From positions 2,464,001 to 2,528,000 of the forward strand of contig CAVTBU010000005.1 in assembly GCA_963733035.1 (NCBI GenBank): 64,000 nucleotides of DNA. Direction: 5' to 3'. A program made the translations under genes and the position numbers. Positions 40,409 through 48,593 of this stretch are shown here, piece after piece (position 1 is the stretch's first letter; every line of letters begins with the position of its first letter). This stretch comes from Pirellulales bacterium. GTDB lineage: Bacteria > Planctomycetota > Planctomycetia > Pirellulales > PALSA-1355. A model generated the notes under the pieces. That model did no database searches, had not been told where the DNA came from, and saw nothing but the letters and a program-made list of their open reading frames with translations.

Positions 40409-42419
40409 CGAAAAAGGTTCCTGGCACCTTTTTCGTCGCGGGCGGATTCGATGACGCGGCGGCAGTCGGGGAGCGACTCTAGAAATAGCCTGCCGTAGGG
40501 CTTGGTTCGCACCCGGGGGTCGAGGATCACGACCATGCCCTCGTCGCGCTGGGTGCGGATGAGCCGGCCGAAACCTTGCTTCAGCTTCAGCACTGCCTCG
40601 GGCAATTGATAGTCGTTAAATGGATTGCCGCCGCGTGCGCGGATTGCCTCCAGCCGCGCTTCGAGCAGGGGCCGGTCGGGCACGCTGAACGGAAGCTTGG
40701 CGATGATTACATTTTGGAGAGCTTCGCCCGGCACGTCGACGCCCTGCCAAAAACTGTCGGTGCCCAGCAGTACGGCCCGCGGATTGGCCCGAAACCGCTC
40801 GACCATTTGCGTCCGCGGCAGTCCGTCGGCCTGGCAATAAAGTCCCAGGTTTTGCGCCGTTAGCCAGGGCGCAAATCGGCCGACACGCGCCGCATCATCT
40901 CGTAGCTGGTGAGCAGCACGAACGCATGCCCGTCGGTGCGGGCCACGTAGCGGCGGATCATCGCCACCACGGCCCGCTCGTAGGCCTCCTTGTCGCCGGT
41001 CGGGTCGGGCATTTCGTCCAGCAGCACCAGTTCCGCCTGCCGCTGATAGTCGAACGGGCTTCCCCAGCGGCGGCTTTCGGTCTGCGTGAGCCCCACGCGC
41101 AACTTGAAGAAATCGAACGAGCCGCTACGACCAACCGAGAGCGTGGCGCTGGTGAGCACCACGGTTTTCACTTTTTCAAACAGTTGCTCGCGGAGCGTCG
41201 GTCCAACATCGAGCGGAGCGGCCGACAGGCCAATTCGCCGGCGTCCCCGGCGGCTACGAGCCGCGTCGATCCAATACACCGCTTCGCTCTGCCGCTGCAA
41301 CCGCCAATCCTCGACCAGTTCCGAAAGCGCCGCCAGGCGCTCGGCCGCGGCCGTGAAGTCGAGCCGTTCTTCCTCGGGCACGCCGTGCGCCAGCGACTTG
41401 AGCCTGCGCGCGAGCGCCGTCAGCGACGGGCTGAGCTTGTTTTCGACGATCTCGGGCTCGCCAACGCGGGTGGTTTGCCGGCCGTGGCGGTCGATCCAAT
41501 CTTCAACGTCGTCGAAGAACTGGTCGGTGCGGAAGCGGCAAGCCTGCACCTCGCGCTGGGCGTCGGTCAGCCTGTGATGCACGAGCAGACCCCGTTGCGT
41601 CCGCTCGTTATAGAGTTTCGACAACACGAACTCGATTTGTCCGCTGGACAGGTTCACGCCCAGGTGATCGCTGGCCACGCCTTCAAGGTTGTGGGCTTCG
41701 TCAAAGACGACGATGTCGTAGTCGGGCAGAATGCTCGCGCCCTGGCGACGCAATGCCAGGTCGCTGAAGAACAGGGCATGATTGACGACCAGCACCTGCG
41801 CGTTCTGCACGCGCCGCCGAGCACGGTAGTAAAAGCACTCTTTATAGGTCGGGCACTGCCGGCCGTGGCAGTTGACGCTGTCGCTTTCCACTTCGTCCCA
41901 CACCTGCGACGGCGGGCGGTGATCCAAATCGGCCAGCGATCCGTCGCTCGTCTCGCGCGACCAATCGACAAGCGACCGCAGGGCGGCAAACTCTTCCTCC
42001 TGGCGATACAAACTGCGGGCTCGCTCGGAGGCCAGCTGCAAGCGGCGAAGACTCAGGTAGTTCTGCCGGCCCTTGACCAGCACAGCGGAAAACTCCAGCG
42101 GAATCACGCTGTTGAGCAGCGGCAGATCGCGGCCTATCAGCTGTTCTTGCAGGCTGATCGTATGCGTGGAAACCACCACGCGGCGCCGCGGCGCTTCGGC
42201 GCCTTGGTCGGGCTCGTCGGCCACGGCCAGGATCGATGGAACCAGGTAGGCAAAACTCTTGCCCACGCCGGTCCCGGCCTCGGCCACCAGGTGGTGCCCC
42301 TCGGAAATGGCGTCCGCCACGGCCTGGGCCATCGACAACTGCTCGGGACGTTGTTCGTAATGTTCCAGCCGGGCGGCAATCCGGCCCGCGGGCCCCAAAA
42401 TATCGGCCGGAGTGAGCAT
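40405..42419 (-). CDS. dinG: DinG/YoaA family ATP-dependent helicase; apparent frameshift near 40867
   Basis: [26 protein letters not shown] and DEAH; the second frame gives [14 protein letters not shown] and QGFGRLIR...LDPR. Confidence 0.9.
40408..40436. repeat. REP-like palindrome, family A copy 3 (inverted relative to copies 1-2)
   Basis: ACGAAAAAGGT-TCCTGGC-ACCTTTTTCGT, 11-bp perfect arms. Confidence 0.9.
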
Positions 42420-42582
42420 GAAAGGCGCGCGCTATCGCATCTCCAGAATTTGGAATTTCCTCAGGCTAACACTTCCGCAAGGTGGCGAATAGGCGGTCTG
42501 GCACGAGACTGGTTGCGCCGCCTGTTCTTATGGCAACGAATGGCCCCATTCGAACGACCGCAACCGGTCGTGCCGCGTGCAT

Positions 42583-42599
42583 TGGGCACGTAAATTGCT
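42583..42599 (+). promoter_or_regulatory. Sigma54 (-24/-12) promoter candidate
   Basis: TGGGCACGTAAATTGCT has GG-N10-GC with GGCAC and TTGCT cores, about 140 bp upstream of the 42740 gene. Confidence 0.6.
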
Positions 42600-42739
42600 C
42601 GCTGGATTACCAGGTTTTTCAAGCTAGATTCCCGATAGAGGGTCGTGCTGCGACGGGGCGGCTCTGAGTGGACTTCGAGTGGGGACGGAGACCCAAGCCG
42701 GCCAGCGCGGTTTCTCGTCCTTTTGCTTGAGGTGGCGAC

Positions 42740-43351
42740 ATGAGAGAACGTCGGAAGCGGATTATGAAGCGGCTGCTCATCGAAGAGCTCGAAAGCCGCG
42801 CCATGCTCAACGGCACGGAAATCGCCATGGCGGCGACCAGCCTGACAACGAATTCCTACCAAGACTTCTATAAATCCCAGGTGGGAACCGAAATCGGCGG
42901 TCCCGGCGGCGTCGGCATGCTCGATAGCCTGCTGGTCGATCCGCAGCTGTTCGTCGAACTCGCCGCCAACGTGATGAACATGGGGAACGCCGCGGCGACT
43001 TTCCCCGAGGCCACCACCGGCGTCGGTCAGATGACCATCACCACCGGAGCCAACACGCTGGGTATCAGCAGCTTCGCCTATCCCACGGCGGGTCCCTCGC
43101 GGGCCGGCGGCACGGGCAACGCGAACCTGGGTTCGCCCACCGGGCCGGTTGAGGCCAACGCCGTCGATCAGGCGATCCTCGAGCTGCAACTCGAATTGCC
43201 GAGTCTCGCGCTGGCCAAACGCTCGCACGATGCGCAGCAAGACGACACCGCTCGCGCCGAACAGGAAGACGCGGCCGAAGAACAGAGCGACAGCCAGTAC
43301 GAGGAGGAGTCGCGCAACTGGGATCGTGAGTTGGTCGCCGCCTACGATTAA
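42740..43351 (+). CDS. Small protein with LExRxML N-terminal motif and acidic tail
   Basis: GAGG RBS, RLLIEELESRAML, Gly/Thr-rich middle and acidic C-terminus. Confidence 0.7.
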   Translation: MRERRKRIMKRLLIEELESRAMLNGTEIAMAATSLTTNSYQDFYKSQVGTEIGGPGGVGMLDSLLVDPQLFVELAANVMNMGNAAATFPEATTGVGQMTITTGANTLGISSFAYPTAGPSRAGGTGNANLGSPTGPVEANAVDQAILELQLELPSLALAKRSHDAQQDDTARAEQEDAAEEQSDSQYEEESRNWDRELVAAYD

Positions 43352-43492
43352 TCGCGGCCAAAGCCCCAGTTTTCTCGCAGCCAGGCGGAAAGCTTCTCGT
43401 GGATCGCGCCTTCTGGCCGGCAGACACATCTGCTAGCATGTCGCTCGCCGGCGCCCCACAGACGTGACACTTGTGCGAGACACCAACCCGCC

Positions 43493-44716
43493 ATGGAACG
43501 GCTGATCAGTTTTGCCGGGCTGTTGGTAATGATGGGGCTGGCCTGGCTCCTGAGCGCCCGGCGGCGGCAAATCGCCTGGCGGACCATTGCCGCCGGCTTG
43601 GCCCTGCAATTCACCTTGGCCGTGCTGATTCTCCGCACGTCCGTCGGGCAAGGCCTGTTTAAAACGCTCGGCAAGATATTCGTTGGCCTGCTCGATTTCG
43701 TGAACGTCGGTGCGGGATTTGTTTTTTCTCAGGCAGGCGGTGATCGAGCAGGGCTGTTAACCACGTTCGCCTTCGGCACGCTCTCGACAATCATCTTCTT
43801 CTCGTCGCTGATGTCGATCTTGTATCACCTCGGCGTCATGCAGCAGTTTGTCCGATTGGCGGCCGTCGTCATGCGCAAGGGCATGCGGCTCTCGGGCGCC
43901 GAAAGTCTGGCCGTGGCCGCCAATGTGTTCTTCGGACAGGTCGAGGCGCCGCTGGTCGTGCGGCCGTATCTGGGCACGATGACGCAGTCGGAACTGATGA
44001 CCATCATGCAGGCCGGCTTCGCCACGATTGCCGGGGGCGTAATGGCGGCCTACGTGCAGATGGGCATCGACGCCGGGCACCTGGTGACCGCTTCGGTCAT
44101 CTCGGCGCCGGCGGCGATCGTGATCGCCAAGATCATGCAGCCGGAAGTCGAACAGCCCGTCACGCTGGGGAAGGCGGCCGCGACCGTCGAAACCGGCGCG
44201 GTCAACCTGATCGACGCGGCGGCCAAAGGGGCGCTGGTAGGTCTTCAGCTGGCGCTGCAAGTCGGCGCCATCATCATCGCCTTTCTGGCGCTGATCGCGC
44301 TGGGAGAATTTCTTTTCCATTGGGTGTTCTCCCAATTCGGCTCCGAGCTGACGCTGCGGGGCTTATTGGGCTACCTGTTCGCTCCGCTGGCCTGGATGAT
44401 CGGCGTGGAGTGGGCCGATTGCCGTGTCGCCGGCGAGTTGCTGGGAATGCGACTGATCAGCAACGAATTCATCGCCTATGCCGAACTCAGCGAACTGGTC
44501 AAAGAGGGCTCGCCGATCAGCAAGCGGAGCGAGGTGCTGCTGACCTACGCGCTCTGCGGCTTTGCCAACTTCGGATCGATCGGCGTGCAACTGGGCGGCA
44601 TCGGCGGCGCCGCCCCCTCGCGGCAAGGCGATCTGGCCCGGCTCGGCCTCCGCGCCATGCTCGGCGGCATGCTGGCCTGCTTCATGACCGCCTGCTGTGC
44701 GGGCATCCTGCTGTAA
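43493..44716 (+). CDS. nupC: NupC/CNT family nucleoside transporter
   Basis: IIFFSSL, SGAESL..AANVFFGQVEAPL, GFATIAG, NEFIAY and YALCGFANFGSIGVQLGG. Confidence 0.93.
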   Translation: MERLISFAGLLVMMGLAWLLSARRRQIAWRTIAAGLALQFTLAVLILRTSVGQGLFKTLGKIFVGLLDFVNVGAGFVFSQAGGDRAGLLTTFAFGTLSTIIFFSSLMSILYHLGVMQQFVRLAAVVMRKGMRLSGAESLAVAANVFFGQVEAPLVVRPYLGTMTQSELMTIMQAGFATIAGGVMAAYVQMGIDAGHLVTASVISAPAAIVIAKIMQPEVEQPVTLGKAAATVETGAVNLIDAAAKGALVGLQLALQVGAIIIAFLALIALGEFLFHWVFSQFGSELTLRGLLGYLFAPLAWMIGVEWADCRVAGELLGMRLISNEFIAYAELSELVKEGSPISKRSEVLLTYALCGFANFGSIGVQLGGIGGAAPSRQGDLARLGLRAMLGGMLACFMTACCAGILL

Positions 44717-44751
44717 GATTCGGGCGGCGCGCCGTCGGCGGTGCCTCCGGG

Positions 44752-45591
44752 CTAAACCGGAAGAGATTGCGCGGGGGGCAAAGTTACGATGCCGTGGATG
44801 ATGGCCCGGATCTTCGGCGCCGCGGCGGTCGCAACGGATTCGACTTCTTGCGAGTTGGCCCCCTCCAGGTCTTCGGGGCGGCATTCGTTGGTCACCACCG
44901 ATATTGCCAGCACGCGCAGCCCGCATTGCCGCGCCACGATCACTTCGTGCACGGTCGACATGCCGACGGCGTCGCCTCCCAGACGCCGCAGCATCCGGTA
45001 CTCGGCCCGCGTTTCGTAGTTCGGCCCCAACACGCCGACGTAGACGCCCCGATGGCAGACGAAGTCCTCGCGGCGGGCAATCGTAGCGGCCGCGGCCAAC
45101 AAGTCGCGATCGAACGGCAGGCTCATGTCCGGATATCGCGAGCCCGGCGCGTCGTGCGGACCAACCAGCGGATTGGCGAACGTGAGATTGATCTGATCCT
45201 CGACCAGCATCAGATCGCCCACGCGATAGTCGGGGTTGATTCCGCCGCAGGCGTTCGAGATGATCAGCGTCCGCACGCCCAGTTCGCACAACACGCGCAC
45301 CGGAAAGGCAATCTGCGCGGGCGTGTGCCCTTCGTAAGCGTGAAAGCGACCCGCCAGCGCAACCAGCGGCACGCCAGCCAGCCTCCCCAGCACCAGCGCG
45401 CCGCGATGGGTTGGAGCCGTGGGCCGCGCAAAGTGCGGAATCGATTCGTACGGCAACTCGAGCACGGCCTCGATCTCGTGCGCGAAGTCCGACAGTCCCG
45501 TGCCAAGAATGATGCCCACTCGAGGCCGCGGATGACCCTGCCTGCGAATGGCGGCCGCCGCGGCCTCGACCTGCTCGCGTGGGGGAAACAT
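44752..45591 (-). CDS. Purine nucleoside phosphorylase, trimeric type (paralog B)
   Basis: GIILGTGL, GRFHAYEG, SNACGGIN, GPNYETRAE, VGMSTV and VTNEC. Confidence 0.93.
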   Translation of the reverse strand: MFPPREQVEAAAAAIRRQGHPRPRVGIILGTGLSDFAHEIEAVLELPYESIPHFARPTAPTHRGALVLGRLAGVPLVALAGRFHAYEGHTPAQIAFPVRVLCELGVRTLIISNACGGINPDYRVGDLMLVEDQINLTFANPLVGPHDAPGSRYPDMSLPFDRDLLAAAATIARREDFVCHRGVYVGVLGPNYETRAEYRMLRRLGGDAVGMSTVHEVIVARQCGLRVLAISVVTNECRPEDLEGANSQEVESVATAAAPKIRAIIHGIVTLPPAQSLPV

Positions 45592-45601
45592 GGCAGCGGC
45601 G

Positions 45602-46429
45602 CTATCCGGCAAAATCACCGAGGACACCCAGAATGATTTTACGCAGTTTTGGTTCGGCGGCGTTTGCCGTGGCAATAATCTCGGCCACGTCGACCGGCTT
45701 GAGCGCGTCGGGGAAGCAAGTATCCGTCACGATCGACAGTCCCAGCACGCGCAGCCCGCAGTGTACGGCCACGATCACCTCCGGAACGGTCGACATGCCC
45801 ACCACGTCGGCGCCGATCAGACGCAGGAAGCGATATTCGGCGCGGGTTTCGAGGTTCGGCCCCAGCACGGCCACGAACACGCCCTTGTGCGCCACGAAAT
45901 CCTCGCGGCGGGCAACTGCCAACGCGCGATCGATCAGCGCGGCATCGTACGGGCGAGCCATGTCCGGAAATCGCGGTCCAAGCCGGTCGTCGTTGATGCC
46001 GACCAGCGGGTTGCTTCCCATCAGATTGATGTGGTCATCGATCACCATGATGTCGCCGCAGGCGTAATTTGGATTCATGCCGCCGCAGGCATTGGTGACA
46101 ATCAGCAGCTCGCAGCCCAGGGCCTTCATCACTCGCACGGGCAAAGTAATTTCGTCGAGCCGGTAACCTTCGTAGGCGTGAAAGCGTCCTTCCATGGCCA
46201 TCACGCTGGCGCCGTTGAGCTGGCCGCACACCAGGCGGCCGCGGTGTCCGGTGGCCGTGGCGCGAGGAAAATGCGGAACCGTTTCGTATTCGATCGAGGC
46301 CTCGACTTCGATTTTTTCGGCCAAGGGGCCAATGCCGGTGCCCAGAATGATGCCCACGCGGGGTTGGCCAGACCACTGCCCGCGAATGGCGGCCGCGGCG
46401 GCTTCGATTTGGTCGTGCAAGTGAAGCAT
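45602..46429 (-). CDS. Purine nucleoside phosphorylase, trimeric type (paralog A)
   Basis: GIILGTGI, GRFHAYEG, TNACGGMN, GPNLETRAE, VGMSTVPE and VTDTC. Confidence 0.93.
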   Translation of the reverse strand: MLHLHDQIEAAAAAIRGQWSGQPRVGIILGTGIGPLAEKIEVEASIEYETVPHFPRATATGHRGRLVCGQLNGASVMAMEGRFHAYEGYRLDEITLPVRVMKALGCELLIVTNACGGMNPNYACGDIMVIDDHINLMGSNPLVGINDDRLGPRFPDMARPYDAALIDRALAVARREDFVAHKGVFVAVLGPNLETRAEYRFLRLIGADVVGMSTVPEVIVAVHCGLRVLGLSIVTDTCFPDALKPVDVAEIIATANAAEPKLRKIILGVLGDFAG

Positions 46430-46549
46430 GTGCGAAATATTCGATTTCCGAGTAGCGCAACGTTTGGGTGGCGCAGTGTAGCCGTCATTGCTCGCACCGC
46501 CAAGTGATTCATACAATATCCAAATAATCCCAGGGAGTGCCAACAGAAC

Positions 46550-47860
46550 ATGAATCCAGCGCAGTCGACCTCCGTCTCCGGCGCGGTGCAAAAGCATCGC
46601 GACTACTTGTTTCCCGCCGTCAGCATGTACTACCAGGAGCCGCTGGCCCTGGTGCGCGGCGAGGGAATGTACGTGTGGGACGACGCCGGGCGGCGTTATC
46701 TCGACGCATTCGGCGGCGTGCTGACGATCAGCGTCGGGCACGCCAACCCCAAGGTCGTCGAGGCGATCGTCGAGCAGGTGAAAACCCTTTCACACGCCTC
46801 GACGCTGTACGCCACCGAGCCGCAGTCGAACCTGGCCGAAAAGATGGCTGAGATCGCGCCGGGCAAGCTCACCAAGAGTTTCTTCACCAGCAGCGGCACC
46901 GAAGCCAACGACACGGCCTTCGCCGCGGCCAAGCACGCCACCGGCCGCCAAGAGATCGTCGCCCTGCGACACAGCTACTCCGGCCGCGCCGCGCAAACGC
47001 TGGCCGCCTCGGGACAGGCGCCTTGGAAGCGATTGCCGGCGCAAGTGCCGGGCTTCGTGCACGCCCACGCGCCGTATTGCTACCGCTGCCCGTTCAAGCT
47101 CGAGTATCCCGACTGCGGCTTGGCGTGCGCCGACGACATCGAAGAGTTGATTCGCACCAGCACCACCGGCGAGATCGCCGCCTTCATGGCCGAAACGATC
47201 ATCGGCTCGGGCGGATTCATTGTGCCGCCGCCGGGTTACTTCGAGCGCGCCGTCGGCATCGCCCGCAAGTACGGCGGGCTGTTCATTGCCGACGAAGTGC
47301 AAACCGCCTGGGGACGCACCGGCGAAAAATGGTTCGGCATCGAGCACTGGAATGTCGAGCCCGACATCCTGGTCAGCGCCAAGGGGATGGGCAACGGCGC
47401 TCCGGTTGCCGTGACCATCACCACGCCGGAAGTGGCGGACAAGTATCCCGGCATCACCTTCGCCACCTTCGGCGGCAACCCCGTCTCGATGGCCGCGGCC
47501 CTGGCAACGCTGCAAGTGATCGAAGAAGAAGACCTGCGAACCAATGCCAAGGTCGTTGGCGCCTACCTCCGCGAGAAGCTCGAAGCGCTCCAGGACAAAC
47601 ACCCGCTCATCGGCGACGTCCGCGGCATGGGCCTGATGCAAGGCCTCGAACTGGTCCAAGACCGCCGGACCAAGGAGCCCGCCCCGCAGGCCGTGCTCGA
47701 CCTGTTCGAAGAAACCAAACGCCGCGGCGTGCTGATCGGCAAAGGGGGCCTCTACGCCAACGTGATTCGGCTAGGTCCGCCATTGAACGCCACCAAAGCG
47801 CACGTCGATGAACTGGTGGAAGCGCTGGATGCGGGGTTGGCGTTTGCGGCCTCCAAGTAG
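46550..47860 (+). CDS. Class III PLP-dependent aminotransferase
   Basis: YLDAFGG...VGHANP, SGTEAND, IADEVQT.WGRTG, SAKGMGNG, TFGGNP and DVRGMGLM. Confidence 0.93.
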   Translation: MNPAQSTSVSGAVQKHRDYLFPAVSMYYQEPLALVRGEGMYVWDDAGRRYLDAFGGVLTISVGHANPKVVEAIVEQVKTLSHASTLYATEPQSNLAEKMAEIAPGKLTKSFFTSSGTEANDTAFAAAKHATGRQEIVALRHSYSGRAAQTLAASGQAPWKRLPAQVPGFVHAHAPYCYRCPFKLEYPDCGLACADDIEELIRTSTTGEIAAFMAETIIGSGGFIVPPPGYFERAVGIARKYGGLFIADEVQTAWGRTGEKWFGIEHWNVEPDILVSAKGMGNGAPVAVTITTPEVADKYPGITFATFGGNPVSMAAALATLQVIEEEDLRTNAKVVGAYLREKLEALQDKHPLIGDVRGMGLMQGLELVQDRRTKEPAPQAVLDLFEETKRRGVLIGKGGLYANVIRLGPPLNATKAHVDELVEALDAGLAFAASK

Positions 47861-48031
47861 TTTCCCATCCAGTTCACGGCGATGTATTGGCGTCGGAAAA
47901 TTAATGAACACTGCTTCCAACAGCCGCGATCCCGTAGCTGAACTCTCGACGTCGTTCAATCTGATCTCCCCTTTGGATTCTCAATTGTGCGTGACACCGT
48001 GCGGGTGCAAGTAGAGTAGGGAGCGCAGCCA

Positions 48032-48409
48032 ATGGCGCAACGCTGGTTCTATCGCGGGGGCCTGGTACCCGAGTGTTGGTCTTCAACCCTCAAGGTGGAA
48101 GGCGGCCGCCTGTACGGCACCCACGATTCCCAGGATTGCGAAATCTTGCCGGGTGACATCATCGCGGTCAAGGAGTTCGGTTTCAACAACCCTTTTCTGC
48201 TTATTACAACGGCAGATGGAAAATTCCATGTCGGTGCAATGACGAAGCAGTACGATGAGGTAGTCCATATTCTCGAACGATACGTTGGCAGCAGTTTTTG
48301 CCAGCGCTTCGTGCATCGTTGGAACGTCCTTTTCTTCCGAAAACAGTTCGGCGTTTCGTCGTTCGTGAAACGCCTTCTTCGTGGGGTAAAAAGGGCGGGG
48401 CGCCCATAA
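48032..48409 (+). CDS. Hypothetical protein, visibly more AT-rich than flanking genes
   Basis: GGGAG RBS; 125-aa ORF with no recognisable motif. Confidence 0.55.
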   Translation: MAQRWFYRGGLVPECWSSTLKVEGGRLYGTHDSQDCEILPGDIIAVKEFGFNNPFLLITTADGKFHVGAMTKQYDEVVHILERYVGSSFCQRFVHRWNVLFFRKQFGVSSFVKRLLRGVKRAGRP

Positions 48410-48422
48410 ATGCCAAACGCGG

Positions 48423-48564
48423 AACTGAAAGGGAGACGGGAAGCATTTCCATTTTGCCGAATCGGGATCAACCAAAGCGGACGCGAAACATTTCGATGTG
48501 TCGACTGGCTGGCTTGCTTCTTGAGCGGGCGGCCCGCGCGCGGAAGAGGGGTCCCAAGTTAATT
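48423..48564 (+). repeat. Cluster of degenerate REP-like elements, family B
   Basis: AACTGAAAGGGAGACGGGAAGCATTT (48423) and AACCAAAGCGGACGCGAAACATTT (48470), plus a weaker AAGAGGGGTCCCAAGTTAATT (48544). They resemble the copies at 62189 and 63801. Confidence 0.55.
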
Positions 48565-48593
48565 CGGAAACGCACCAGCAATCGCGATCAGCT

